Virus record (IMG/VR): IMGVR_UViG_3300006104_000013 | Span: 35,553 to 99,552 of that record | Reading direction: 5' to 3' (one strand) | Source of the DNA: a virus | Length of the DNA: 64,000 bases | Shown here: positions 27,406-38,380 of the stretch, in pieces | How the letters are laid out: each line of letters opens with the position of its first letter | Position numbering within the stretch: position 1 is the stretch's first letter | Notes under the pieces: model-generated | The model's input: only the letters and a program-made list of their open reading frames with translations | Told to the model about the DNA's origin: nothing | Databases searched by the model: none | Position numbers and translations under genes: made by a program

Positions 27406-30400
27406 ATGGGAACGACTTCAATAAACAAGGGGTATCTTGTCCCAACGCTAAATGGCGATGCATTGACGTGGGGAAGCCAAGTCAACTCGTCGATTGGGTT
27501 TCTTGACGCCAATGTCGCCGGGGTTGCCCCTGTTTCGACGACAGGTGGGTCTATCAACGCTTTGACGGCCCTCTACAACTCGATCCCGCTTTATGAATAT
27601 ATGGCGATTTCGTTGACTGGGGCCTTGGCCGGGACCCTCACCTACACCCTTCCGGGGGCCTCTGGTGCGTCAACTTATGGCGGGTACGCCTTTATCCGCA
27701 ATGCGACGACAGGGGCGTACACGGTCACAGTCAATACGTCAGCGGCCGGGTCCGTTGGGGTTGTCATTCCGCAGGGAACCACATGCTTGGTTTGCTCTGA
27801 CGGAACGAATGTCTATTTGGTTGGAAACTCCCAATATGGGTTGCCGACACTCAATGCCGGTGGATCGGCAGATGTCCTGACCGGAACATTCTCCCCATCG
27901 GCTGTCCTATCAGATGGTCTGGTCGTCGAAGTCATCGCGTCATATGCCAATGCCACGACCGCACCGACGTTCCAAGGAATCACCATCACGAAATGGGGCG
28001 GCCAAGCTCTGGTTCCTGGCGACATTTATGGATCTGGCCACCGCCTCCTTCTCTGCTGCGTTGGAAGTGGCACTCGGTGGGAGCTGACGAACCCGGCTAC
28101 GAATATGCCGTACACGGTAAATACCGGGGCAAATTCGTTGGTCCAGCTCGACTCTCTGGTCAGACTCCCAGCGCTCGATGCGTCCCTGCTGACCAACGTC
28201 ACAGGAAGCAATACGCTCACATGGACGTCGATATCAGCGTCTCAAGCTCTTGTGGCCAAGAACGGATATCTCTGTACGTCGGCATCTTCGCTTCAGCTTC
28301 CGACTCCCTCCATTTGCGCCGTCGGTGACACCATCGAAGTCATCGGAGTCGGACAGGGCGGATTCCTGCTGGCCCCGGCCAGTGGGCAAACTATAAACTT
28401 CGGGAATACATCTGTTTCCTATGGGTATGGATTCAGCGGGAATCAATACGCGACGATTCGGATTGTGTGCACGGTTGCCAATAGCACCTGGGAAGTCGAG
28501 TCGTCGGTTGGAACAATTACCAGCGTCCTTTACCTGCTTGACCCCTTCTGGAATAACGTCACGTTCTTTATGCCGCTCTCGACTTCGGCTATACCCAGCA
28601 CGGAAGCGAGCAACAGCGGGTTGACGATCACCAATACTGGGGCCGTCTCCGGTTCGTCGTCGCAGCCCCTTTTCGGAACTGGGTACTCAGCATCATTTAA
28701 CGGATCGTCTCAGTATCTATCCTACGGGGCGGCAACCCCGCCGTTCATGTTCACATCGAATGTGACAATCGAGGGATGGTTTTACCAGAACAACAGAACG
28801 GCTCAGCAGGCACTGTTCGATACTCGCGCATCGACCAGCTCAACGACGGGGGTCATGCTCTACACGGCAGCGACGACAGGAAACCTTGTCCTCTGGCTGA
28901 ATAATGGTGCGTTGATCACGACCTCGACTCCGATCCCCGCTTCGCAATGGAACCACATCGCGGTCACTTGCAATGGCCTCTCTGGGGTCACGGGGACTTG
29001 GACAATTTGGTTGAATGGAACCGCGATCGGAACCGGGTCATCCACGGTTCTGGCATCGGATGGATGGTTTTATCTGGGGTCTATCCATGGTGGCGGAAAT
29101 TACTACAGTGGTTTTGCGACCTACGTGCGAATTACCAATGGTGTAGCGCGGTATGCGGCGAAATTCACGCCGCCGCAATCTGCGTTTGTTGCTCAATTCG
29201 ACTCTTACGCCGATCCGCTTTGGAACAATGTCCTTTGCCGACCGATTCCAAATGCGACTCCATCGCTAAGCTACGACACCTCTGGCAATGGATGCGCTTT
29301 GACGGTGTCTGGGGCATCAACAACGTCGGTGTCAAAACAAGATGCATACGCATTCAATGCAAGTATCAGCAATAATTATGTGCAGTATGCATCGGCGAAT
29401 GAGAACATCTATGGTGACTTCACCATTGAAATGTGGATCAACCCGCTGACTCTTGGGGCCCCTCAAGTTGACTGCAATTTCTTTAACACAAGCACCAGTA
29501 TATTCACCGGCACCTATTCCGCTTTGCTGATGTTCCCGTCCTTGGGGGGCTATGTCGCTGCTGTTGGCGGGACTGCCTTCTCTACGACGACGTCACTAAC
29601 GGCTGGAAACTGGTATCATTTTGCCCTTGTTTACCAGGGTGGAACGGCGACTCTGTATGTGAATGGTGTGTCTACGGGGTCATCGTCGCAGGCTCCAGGT
29701 GCTGTTGCCACCGGCGGCAACCTTTTCATTGCCGGTTATGGGAGCGGATCTGGGATACCAGGGTCGTATTCTGGTATCCGGGTGTCCAATTGCGCACGGT
29801 ACACGACGAAGTTCACTCCGCCAGTAAGCCCGTTCGCTGGACAGGTTTCCCTGATCTACGATGGTCTGTGGCAAACGGTCTCGTTTATGCCACGCGCCGC
29901 AGCTAGCAACACAGGGTCAGACCTCTCTGGAAATGGCTTGGCGCTCACATTGAATGGCGTCACGACGTCGTTGTCGTCAACTCAGGATACCTATTCGTGG
30001 GTGTTCAATGGGACGAGCTATATTTCGGTCGCGTCGCCCGCATCGTCTTGCATCTTCCCGGCCGATTTCAGCATCGAAATGTGGGTGAACCTGTCGAATA
30101 CGACTGGAACCCAGGTTCTGATCGACACGTCCGCATCCGCAGGCAGCGCTTCAGGCTTCGTCTTTGCGATTGTTTCTGGTGTGCCGACATTCTCGTCTGG
30201 AGGGTCGGTGATTGCCGCCGGTCCAGCTATAACGGCCGGGGCGTGGAAGCACATTACGGTGACGCGCCACGGAACCGCATTGATGATCTTCTCCTCTGGG
30301 GTCATGGGGACAATGGCGACGTCTTTCCAGACCAGCATGACCGATACCAACCTCTTCATTGGCCGGGCGGCGACATCATCCACGAATTTCCTGACTGGGA

Positions 30401-30492
30401 ATATTGCGGGGATGCGGGTCACTAAAGCATCTCGCTATTCGGCCAATTACACCCCGCCGATGAACGTCTTCCTGACGAATGGAGCCAATTGA
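27406..30492 (+). CDS. tail fibre / receptor-binding protein with 3 LamG (ConA-like) domains
   Basis: N-term WG...N anchor, N.TTG.Y; three DP.W...TIE.W...W.H.A...R.T..ARY repeats. Confidence 0.85.
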   Translation: MGTTSINKGYLVPTLNGDALTWGSQVNSSIGFLDANVAGVAPVSTTGGSINALTALYNSIPLYEYMAISLTGALAGTLTYTLPGASGASTYGGYAFIRNATTGAYTVTVNTSAAGSVGVVIPQGTTCLVCSDGTNVYLVGNSQYGLPTLNAGGSADVLTGTFSPSAVLSDGLVVEVIASYANATTAPTFQGITITKWGGQALVPGDIYGSGHRLLLCCVGSGTRWELTNPATNMPYTVNTGANSLVQLDSLVRLPALDASLLTNVTGSNTLTWTSISASQALVAKNGYLCTSASSLQLPTPSICAVGDTIEVIGVGQGGFLLAPASGQTINFGNTSVSYGYGFSGNQYATIRIVCTVANSTWEVESSVGTITSVLYLLDPFWNNVTFFMPLSTSAIPSTEASNSGLTITNTGAVSGSSSQPLFGTGYSASFNGSSQYLSYGAATPPFMFTSNVTIEGWFYQNNRTAQQALFDTRASTSSTTGVMLYTAATTGNLVLWLNNGALITTSTPIPASQWNHIAVTCNGLSGVTGTWTIWLNGTAIGTGSSTVLASDGWFYLGSIHGGGNYYSGFATYVRITNGVARYAAKFTPPQSAFVAQFDSYADPLWNNVLCRPIPNATPSLSYDTSGNGCALTVSGASTTSVSKQDAYAFNASISNNYVQYASANENIYGDFTIEMWINPLTLGAPQVDCNFFNTSTSIFTGTYSALLMFPSLGGYVAAVGGTAFSTTTSLTAGNWYHFALVYQGGTATLYVNGVSTGSSSQAPGAVATGGNLFIAGYGSGSGIPGSYSGIRVSNCARYTTKFTPPVSPFAGQVSLIYDGLWQTVSFMPRAAASNTGSDLSGNGLALTLNGVTTSLSSTQDTYSWVFNGTSYISVASPASSCIFPADFSIEMWVNLSNTTGTQVLIDTSASAGSASGFVFAIVSGVPTFSSGGSVIAAGPAITAGAWKHITVTRHGTALMIFSSGVMGTMATSFQTSMTDTNLFIGRAATSSTNFLTGNIAGMRVTKASRYSANYTPPMNVFLTNGAN

Positions 30493-33400
30493 TGGGCAGC
30501 GTTACAACCTACAAGTCTTATCAAGCTCCGACGGTCAATGGTGACAATCTCACCTGGGGGCAGGAGCTTCAGAATTTTCTGACTCTAGCTGACCTGAATA
30601 TGGGTGGCGTCGTCAGCGTTTCGGTGGCCGGGAATGCGAATGTCGTTGCCTCGACGACTTCGTACAACACCCTGAACGCAATGACCCCAGGAAGCGCATC
30701 GTTTATGATGCAAAAACTGATCGGGGCTCTGACGGGGAATATCCAATATCAGCTCCCAGCCGTAAGCGGATTCTATATCGTTCAGAATGGCACCACCGGG
30801 AACTATACGATCACCTTGGCCACTGTCACCGGAGGATCGACTGGAATCATTCTCCCGTTTGGTTCGACGATTATGGTGTGTTCGGATGGGACCAATGTCT
30901 ATGAGGTCTCGTCCGGGGTCACGTTAATCCCCCCACAAGCGGCAACTGGAACGTCTGACGCCATTCTCTGCCCGACAGTAGGCATGTCGTATCAAGATGG
31001 GCAGGTGGCGATCGTAACGGCAACGGCGGCCAATATAACGACGTCCCCCACACTGAACGGACTGACCATTACCAAATGGGGTGGACAAGCACTGATCGCT
31101 GGGGATATCTCTGGCGCTGGTCATCGCATGCTGCTTGCCCTTGTTGGAACAGGAGCTCGATATGAGCTGCTCAACCCAGCGTCGCCCTTTCCCTATACCG
31201 TGGGGACCGCCGCAAACAACCTGTTGCAGACCAACGGATCGAACCAGCTCCCGGCCGTTGATGGCTCACTGATCTATAATTTACCGTCCGTCGGCGGTAT
31301 CCCCCTGACGTGGAGCACCGTGACGATCAATACGGTGATGACGACCAGGAACGGCTACGTGGCCAATGCCTCGAATTATGTCAATTTCCAGACTCCTCCG
31401 CTTGGTGCCATCGGAGATCCGATCGTTCTCAGCGCGAATGGAAGCGGCGGATGGGTGCTTACACCGTCGGTAGGTCAGACCATCATCTTTGGTGGCAATG
31501 GCTCTGCCGTCGGCATCGAATCCCTTTTTGGGTCGCAGAATGCAACGGTCCGGCTAACCTGCGTTGTGGCCAATCTGGTTTGGCAGGTGGAGTCCTTCAT
31601 TGGGACGATTTCTCTCGGATACAATGGCGATGCCTTTTGGAATGAGGTGTCGTGCCAATTGATGCTGAACGGCGGCATCGCCGACTCATCTGGCAACAAT
31701 CTGGTGTTCACCAACACCAACACGGTGACGGCATCGACCGCCCAAAACAAGTTTCTGCCGTATTCGGCCCTCTTCAACGGCACGAACCAATATCTGAACA
31801 TCACGACAGCAAAATCAGCATTCCAGTTTTCGGGGGAAGTCACTCTGGAAGGTTGGTTCTTCCCGACAGCGTTCAATGGAACGGCCAATGCGACTCTGTT
31901 TGACACCAGATTATCGACGTCATCCACGACCGGACTCTGGCTGTACACGACCCAGACCAACGGCTACCTGACTCTCTGGCTCAACAACGGGACTCTGATC
32001 ACGACAACATCAGTCCTTCCCAATGGGTCATGGTCGCATGTCGCAGTTACCAGGAATGGCAAGCCTGGGACCAATGGGACGTGGACAATCTGGGTGAATG
32101 GTTTGGCCATCGGCGCGGCATCGAGCTCGCTGAATGTTTCAGACGGATGGATGTCCATCGGCGGATCTGTTTCCGGCGGCAATTATTATGCGGGCTATAT
32201 CTCGCAGTTCCGTGTGACGAATGGAATTTGCCGCTACGCAGCCAGCTTCTCTGCGCCTACGGTTGCCCTGCTGACCAGCCAGGATGTTACGGCTGACATG
32301 GCATGGAACCGGACTGTGGCCCAGTTCGGATTCCAGAATGTCTTGACGGATTCGTCTGGCAACGGCCTGACGATGACAAACTCAGGAGCCGTCGCCTTCA
32401 GCGGGACGATTTACAAAGTTGGAGTCGCCTCGGCAGCCTTCTCGTCGAGTTATCTCTACAACGCATCAACGACAGCGCTCCAAACCACCGGTGATTTCAC
32501 CTATGAGGCATGGGTTTATCCCACAGCCAATGGTGCAAGCGGTGGAAGCATGATTGTGACTGCCGGTCTTTCAGGCTCGCAAGCCGGGATTATGCTCACC
32601 GCATCTGCGCTGACGGTTGCTTGTGTTATCGGTGGGTCAACGGTCATTACGACTGCCGCGTTAACAGCATCGCAATGGAGCCACGTCGCCTTTGTTCGAT
32701 CAGGACAGACTGTCACGGCTTATGTGAATGGCTCAGTTTCTGGGACACCGACGACCAACACGTCAGCAATCGCCTCGACGGGGATTTATATTGGCGGATC
32801 GACAACGGCAAACACAGGTTTCGCCGGGAATATGAACAATGTCCGGGTCAGCAATTTTGCTCGGTACACAGCGCCGTTCACGCCGTCTGTCTTGAATTTC
32901 CAGACGGCCCTTCCTCTGGCATATGACCCCTTCTGGAGAGATACAGTCTTCCTTCCCCGTGCGGCGACAGGGAACACTGGATCTGATGTCTCTGGAAATG
33001 GATTGGCGCTGACGCTGAACAGCACGATTTCCCAAGGGTATGTAACGACACAGGACCCCTATTGCTGGCTGTTTAATGGGTCGTCGAACAACATCGTTCC
33101 GTCTTCCCCTGGAGGAGCTTCGCAATTTGCGGGTGATCTTACCTTTGAATGCTGGGCATACCTGAACGCTTACGGAGCAAGCGGGGCGACCGGAACGGCA
33201 ACGAGCGGCTCATGCCTAATTGATACGCGGGCATCCGGAGCATCGGCAACTGGCTTCGCTCTGGCCATTGTCAACACCACTGGCCAATTCGCTTTCAATA
33301 CGAATGGGATTTGGACCTGTTCGACGATGACCGCGACTCTCAATAGCTGGACACATGTGGCGCTTGTGCGACTTGGCTCAACGATAACCGTCTATGTTGG

Positions 33401-33599
33401 TGGCGTTGCCCAATTCACCGTCACCTCGACTGCAAACTTCTCCGATACAAATTTGACGATCGGATCGACGACAGCGGCTGTCGGCGCTGCGCTTTATATG
33501 TCCGGATACCTATCCGGCATTCGGCTGGCTAAGGCCGCCCGCTATGCCGCTTCTTATACGCCACCCTCCTCTCCATTCCAGATCACGGGGCCGATGTAA
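30492..33599 (+). CDS. tail fibre / RBP paralogue 2 (3 LamG)
   Basis: Same architecture; TGATG coupling. Confidence 0.85.
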   Translation: MGSVTTYKSYQAPTVNGDNLTWGQELQNFLTLADLNMGGVVSVSVAGNANVVASTTSYNTLNAMTPGSASFMMQKLIGALTGNIQYQLPAVSGFYIVQNGTTGNYTITLATVTGGSTGIILPFGSTIMVCSDGTNVYEVSSGVTLIPPQAATGTSDAILCPTVGMSYQDGQVAIVTATAANITTSPTLNGLTITKWGGQALIAGDISGAGHRMLLALVGTGARYELLNPASPFPYTVGTAANNLLQTNGSNQLPAVDGSLIYNLPSVGGIPLTWSTVTINTVMTTRNGYVANASNYVNFQTPPLGAIGDPIVLSANGSGGWVLTPSVGQTIIFGGNGSAVGIESLFGSQNATVRLTCVVANLVWQVESFIGTISLGYNGDAFWNEVSCQLMLNGGIADSSGNNLVFTNTNTVTASTAQNKFLPYSALFNGTNQYLNITTAKSAFQFSGEVTLEGWFFPTAFNGTANATLFDTRLSTSSTTGLWLYTTQTNGYLTLWLNNGTLITTTSVLPNGSWSHVAVTRNGKPGTNGTWTIWVNGLAIGAASSSLNVSDGWMSIGGSVSGGNYYAGYISQFRVTNGICRYAASFSAPTVALLTSQDVTADMAWNRTVAQFGFQNVLTDSSGNGLTMTNSGAVAFSGTIYKVGVASAAFSSSYLYNASTTALQTTGDFTYEAWVYPTANGASGGSMIVTAGLSGSQAGIMLTASALTVACVIGGSTVITTAALTASQWSHVAFVRSGQTVTAYVNGSVSGTPTTNTSAIASTGIYIGGSTTANTGFAGNMNNVRVSNFARYTAPFTPSVLNFQTALPLAYDPFWRDTVFLPRAATGNTGSDVSGNGLALTLNSTISQGYVTTQDPYCWLFNGSSNNIVPSSPGGASQFAGDLTFECWAYLNAYGASGATGTATSGSCLIDTRASGASATGFALAIVNTTGQFAFNTNGIWTCSTMTATLNSWTHVALVRLGSTITVYVGGVAQFTVTSTANFSDTNLTIGSTTAAVGAALYMSGYLSGIRLAKAARYAASYTPPSSPFQITGPM

Positions 33600-36500
33600 T
33601 GCCTAATTATTCACCAAACAAAGGGTTCGCGGTTCCGGTTATCGGTGGGGACGCCAACATTTGGGGAAACCCAGCAGGAAGCTATCCCGGACTGAATGAG
33701 ACGATCAATGCGCTGGATGCAGCTCTCGGCCAAACGGTCAATGTAAACTGCGCTGGGTCCGCCAATATCACGCTGACATCCGGCCAGTACGGGGCATTGA
33801 TTCTGAATCTGACCGGAGCATTGACTGCGAACATCTCCGTCATCCTGCCGCAAGCGGCGTCAGTCAGCAATTCTGGCTGGTATGTCGTTCGCAACAATAC
33901 GACCGGGGCATACACGATCAATGTCGTGACAGCCTATTCTGGGTCAACTGGTCCTAATATCCCACAGGGGTCAACATCCCTGATCTATTCCGACGCACAG
34001 AATGTCAGGCTGTCTGGTTCGTCACTGAACCAGATGATTTCGTTGACGGCCGCCGGAACATCGGAAATGTTAACGGCGACGATATCGCCATCCATTACAC
34101 TTGTGGATGGCCTGATCATCGAAGTCACAGCGGCCTATGCGAACACAACGGTTGCTCCGAAGTTCAATGGGCTCACTATTACCCGTTGGGGGGGGCAGCC
34201 GCTGGTCCCTGGGTGCATCTATGGCGCAGGCCATCGTCTGCTGCTGTGCTATTCGGCTTCTGCGCTTCACTGGGAGCTGATCAACCCTCGGATTCCTCTG
34301 GCGTACAGCGTCGGTTCGTCCGCAAATGCATTGGTCCAGCTTACGGCTGCCGCGAAGATCCCTGCTGTCGATGGGTCTCAGCTCACCAATCTTCCTTTCG
34401 GATGGCAGACGATCACAGCCAATCAGTCTGGGGTAACAAAGACCGGGTATGTCTGCAATTCAGCATCACAATTGACGGTTACAACCCCGGCATCCGCATC
34501 GATCGGAGACCAGTTTGCCGTCGCCGCTTATGGGGCAGGTGGGTTCTTGCTCAGCCCTCAAGCGGGGCAGACGATTCAATATGGGGCGACCGCAGTTAAT
34601 TCTTCGGCCGGGCTATCAGGGGCGCAAGGTGCTGTTGTTCGGTTGGTTTATGCCGCTTCAAACCTATGGATTGTTGCCGCCGGTGTCCTGTCCAGCGCCG
34701 GGACAACGCAGGACCCCTTCTGGAACGACGTCACGTTTTATATGCCGCTATCGACTCTGGCGATTCCGTCATCTGATGCATCAGCTAACGGCATTGCCGT
34801 AACCAATAATGGATCTATCGCAGGATCGACGACTCATACCCAATATGGGGCATATGCCGCGTATCTGGGTGGTGGTGGAAGTGGTCAATACCTTTCAATC
34901 CCCGCCAACAATGCCTTCAAATTCAGCGGCTCCATGACTCTGGAAGGCTGGTTTTTCTTCCCCAACTTCACAGCGGCAGGCGCATTGTTCGATACTCGAT
35001 CGGCAAGTGGATCGACGACAGGCTTGCTTCTGCAAGCGACAGCATCAACAGGGCTTCTGACCCTGAAGGTCAACAATGCTGTTCTTATCACCAGCAGCTT
35101 CGCCCCAAGCCTCGGCGTGTGGAACCATATCGCTGTCACCTGTAACTCCCTTACTGGTACGAATGGCGGCTGGACAATCTGGATCAACGGTCTGTCAGCG
35201 GGGACGGGCTCTCTCTCGATCAATCTGAGTGATGGCCTTCTCAACATCGGGGCCGCGGCGAACCTTACAAATTATCTCAACGCCTATGTGACGCAGGTGC
35301 GTGTCACCAATGGTATCTGTCGTTATTCAGGTCCATTCACGCCTCCGTTGAATGCGTTCTACACGACAGCGGATATCAATTTTGACCCTCAATGGTATCG
35401 CACAGCCTTCCGTCCGATTGCCGCAGCAACCCCAGCATCAAGTTATGACGCTTCCGGGAACGGACTCTCGCTCTCGATAAACAGCACGACGACATCTTCC
35501 TCATCGAAGCAGGACGCTTACGCCTTTGTCTTCAATGGCTCGTCCAACTATATCGGAAGCGCCGCCGCCAATACTGTTTTGTCTGGAGACTTTACGGTCG
35601 AAGCCTGGATTAATATGTCGTCGATTAGCGGCACCGCAACCACCAGAATTCTATCGTCGGCAGCCAGCGCAACCGGGGCTTTTTATTGGTCTGTTGGCAT
35701 CTATAACAACAGCGGCAACCCGGAAATCGATTTCTTCGATGGATCGGACTATTACAGCTCGGCTGGAGCCATCACATCGGCTGGGGTTTGGTATCATATT
35801 GCGGTTGTCCGCTTTGGGACGACGCTGGCTTTCTTTGTCAATGGCAGCCGAATTGGGACTGCCACCTATACAGGGACGCCAGGAGCTTCAAATGGAATCT
35901 TCATGCTTGGGGCTCGCGCCAATGGGTCGGCAACGATCGAATACTGGAATGGGAGCATCGCAGGTGCTCGCTTCACCAATGGAGCTCGCTACGTTTCCAA
36001 TTTCAACACCGGGATAGCCCCGCTCACGGCACCGTTCCCGGTCGCCCTTCCGACAACTTATGACCCGTGGTGGCAGGATGTTACGTTTATGCCCCGTGCG
36101 GCCTCCGTTATGGCCAACAGCGTTGACGTTTCGGGTGCGGCTCTAACACTTCTCAACACCGGCAGCGTCACCTCTAGCGCAACAAGCCGCCAGGACACAT
36201 ATGCATTTGTCTTCAATGGGGCCAACTATTTGTCCGTTGCGTCGTCGGCAAATGCTTATGCCTTCTATGGTGACTTCACTATCGAACTGTGGGTTTACCC
36301 GACTGCGGCTGGCGGCGGAAGCGGATCGTGCTTGATCGGGACACAAACCGCTGGCGGCGTTTATATTGAACTGAGTGCCTCCTACACAGTTGATCTGTCG
36401 AATTACGGCAGCTCGCACTATGCAACAACAGCGGCGCTGACCCCGAACCAATGGAGCCACATCGCTTTTGTTCGCTGCGGATCGGTAATCACGTCATATG

Positions 36501-36697
36501 TGAATGGCGGAAGCCCCGTTTCATCCACATTCACTAGCGTATTCCCCGCCGCAGGCACACTATTTGTTGGCGGAACAGGGTCGGCAGGTCAGTATTTCAC
36601 TGGAAGCCTTGCTGGCATTCGCGTTACAAAGGCGGCGCGATACGTTCCCAAGTTCTCGTACCCGACAACTCCATTCCTTACTAACGGAGCCACATGA
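33599..36697 (+). CDS. tail fibre / RBP paralogue 3 (3 LamG)
   Basis: Same architecture; TAATG coupling. Confidence 0.85.
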   Translation: MPNYSPNKGFAVPVIGGDANIWGNPAGSYPGLNETINALDAALGQTVNVNCAGSANITLTSGQYGALILNLTGALTANISVILPQAASVSNSGWYVVRNNTTGAYTINVVTAYSGSTGPNIPQGSTSLIYSDAQNVRLSGSSLNQMISLTAAGTSEMLTATISPSITLVDGLIIEVTAAYANTTVAPKFNGLTITRWGGQPLVPGCIYGAGHRLLLCYSASALHWELINPRIPLAYSVGSSANALVQLTAAAKIPAVDGSQLTNLPFGWQTITANQSGVTKTGYVCNSASQLTVTTPASASIGDQFAVAAYGAGGFLLSPQAGQTIQYGATAVNSSAGLSGAQGAVVRLVYAASNLWIVAAGVLSSAGTTQDPFWNDVTFYMPLSTLAIPSSDASANGIAVTNNGSIAGSTTHTQYGAYAAYLGGGGSGQYLSIPANNAFKFSGSMTLEGWFFFPNFTAAGALFDTRSASGSTTGLLLQATASTGLLTLKVNNAVLITSSFAPSLGVWNHIAVTCNSLTGTNGGWTIWINGLSAGTGSLSINLSDGLLNIGAAANLTNYLNAYVTQVRVTNGICRYSGPFTPPLNAFYTTADINFDPQWYRTAFRPIAAATPASSYDASGNGLSLSINSTTTSSSSKQDAYAFVFNGSSNYIGSAAANTVLSGDFTVEAWINMSSISGTATTRILSSAASATGAFYWSVGIYNNSGNPEIDFFDGSDYYSSAGAITSAGVWYHIAVVRFGTTLAFFVNGSRIGTATYTGTPGASNGIFMLGARANGSATIEYWNGSIAGARFTNGARYVSNFNTGIAPLTAPFPVALPTTYDPWWQDVTFMPRAASVMANSVDVSGAALTLLNTGSVTSSATSRQDTYAFVFNGANYLSVASSANAYAFYGDFTIELWVYPTAAGGGSGSCLIGTQTAGGVYIELSASYTVDLSNYGSSHYATTAALTPNQWSHIAFVRCGSVITSYVNGGSPVSSTFTSVFPAAGTLFVGGTGSAGQYFTGSLAGIRVTKAARYVPKFSYPTTPFLTNGAT

Positions 36698-37350
36698 TGA
36701 CTGATTACCCTTTGCAATGCGGATATTGGTTCAATGTCGTCAATGGGCAGATTGTCGGATGGCAGAATGGGGCTCCCTTCCCGCAGGGGACTCCGATCGC
36801 AACGGTGCGTGGCGCAGGATGGTTCCCCGGAGTCCAAGTTGGAATTGACGCTGGCGCTGACCCTGAAGTGTATCAGGCCGCCCTCCAATCCCAGGTCCTG
36901 ACCGGCGACATCGTCACCATGACCTACACCATGGAGCCGCAACCTCTGGAGCCAGCAAAAAAGGCCCAGATCGAGGCTGTCTCCGCAGGATGCAAGGCGG
37001 CAATCTATGGTGGGTTTTCGTCGTCAGCCCTGGGAGAAGCATACACCTACCCGACTGGCGACCTCGATCAGTTGAACTTGCTCGGGGCTTATAGCGCATC
37101 GCTGAACCCTGCGAACCAAACTTCATGGACAACTAAGTTCATCTGCGCAGACTCTGTTGGAAATTGGGCCTATCGCGTGCATAATGCACCCCAGATCCAG
37201 AAGGTTTACCTGGATGGGGTCAACGCCAAGCTGGCTTATCTGACTCAGAACGCCGAGCTGGCCACGCAAATCAACGCTATTAACGACACATCAGCCGCTG
37301 GTCTCCAGGCCGTGCTGGCGATCGTGTGGGTTCCACCCGCCGTCGTGTAG
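36694..37350 (+). CDS. tail fibre assembly-type protein (DUF4376-like)
   Basis: AI.GGF.SSALG..Y.Y.....DQLNL, H.A.QI..V pattern; follows the fibres. Confidence 0.6.
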   Translation: MMTDYPLQCGYWFNVVNGQIVGWQNGAPFPQGTPIATVRGAGWFPGVQVGIDAGADPEVYQAALQSQVLTGDIVTMTYTMEPQPLEPAKKAQIEAVSAGCKAAIYGGFSSSALGEAYTYPTGDLDQLNLLGAYSASLNPANQTSWTTKFICADSVGNWAYRVHNAPQIQKVYLDGVNAKLAYLTQNAELATQINAINDTSAAGLQAVLAIVWVPPAVV

Positions 37351-37359
37351 GAGAGATGA

Positions 37360-37611
37360 ATGACCCTTGACCAGTTTAAAGCCGGTCTCTCTCGCTTCGG
37401 AATGAACCTTCTGGTTCTCCTCGATGAAGTCGGCAACACCGTGACTCTGGGGTCACCTGACGAAACGATTTCCTCTCGGTCGGCCAAGGCCCGCAACGAG
37501 GGCAAGGCGTGGGGGTGCGTCATGTGCCGATTCCTGGATATCTTCCAGAAAGGGCACTGCGATAAGGCGTTGGAACTGAACCACGGCCAAGACGCCGTTA
37601 TTCCGGATTAA
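37360..37611 (+). CDS. conserved small phage protein
   Basis: LD...N....G.PDETISSR...C.FLD..KGHC. Confidence 0.75.
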   Translation: MTLDQFKAGLSRFGMNLLVLLDEVGNTVTLGSPDETISSRSAKARNEGKAWGCVMCRFLDIFQKGHCDKALELNHGQDAVIPD

Positions 37612-37616
37612 GGGCG

Positions 37617-38024
37617 ATGGAAGCTGATCTCACAACGTTAGCTGCTGGTGGGGCCGGAACGGCCAGCGTCGCTGCCGTCTTTGGATGGCAGTGGTGGCGC
37701 ATGATGAAGGACGACAAGCAGAGTCAGCACCTTCATACCCAGGCCAATGCTTTCAGCAACACCCTGCTGAAAGAGTCGGCGGCCCTCAAAAAAGAGAACA
37801 AGGAATTGCGCGAAGCGTGCGCCAAGGCCGAACGTGTGGCACTGGATGCCGAGCGCAAACAACTGAAGGCCGAGAACGACATCAGCCTTCTTAAGTCTCA
37901 GATGGTCACTGTCCTCGCAAAGTTCGAGGAGCTGAAGGCTGAAAATGACTGCCTTTGCCGGGAGAACAAGGAGCTGAAGAATCCTGCCCCGCCAAAGTTA
38001 GGGGGGAAAATGGAATGGAAATGA
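37617..38024 (+). CDS. membrane-anchored coiled-coil protein (holin/antiholin-like)
   Basis: N-terminal hydrophobic helix then heptad-rich region. Confidence 0.55.
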   Translation: MEADLTTLAAGGAGTASVAAVFGWQWWRMMKDDKQSQHLHTQANAFSNTLLKESAALKKENKELREACAKAERVALDAERKQLKAENDISLLKSQMVTVLAKFEELKAENDCLCRENKELKNPAPPKLGGKMEWK

Positions 38025-38380
38025 CCTTTCAGGACGCCACATCCCTGGTTCTGACCACATCCGTTATTACGATGTGGGCTCGGGTTGCCGGGATGTCTGT
38101 TTATATGCTGTTTCATGCCAGCGCGTTTGCATCTGACAGAGAGAAGATAGATACCGCCGCCACGGGATTTCTGGCCTTCTTGATGATCATCGGTCAGGCC
38201 GATGTTGTTGCAACCCATATTGGAGACATTCTCGGGTTCGGTCGATCCCTCCTTTGGTCGATAATCGACCTGATGGCGGGTTTCGGCTTCCTTACTGTCC
38301 TCCAGCACCGTCGGCAATTCTATCTGTATGTGGAAAAGGACATGGCGGAGGCGTCACATGCGTTTTTTGACCAAGCATGA
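38021..38380 (+). CDS. multi-pass membrane protein
   Basis: ATGA overlap; about three hydrophobic segments. Confidence 0.6.
   Translation: MTFQDATSLVLTTSVITMWARVAGMSVYMLFHASAFASDREKIDTAATGFLAFLMIIGQADVVATHIGDILGFGRSLLWSIIDLMAGFGFLTVLQHRRQFYLYVEKDMAEASHAFFDQA

Noticed and set aside
27406-36697. DGR or shufflon acting on the three fibre genes
   Set aside because: No reverse transcriptase, invertase, near-identical template repeat or inverted crossover sites seen in the window
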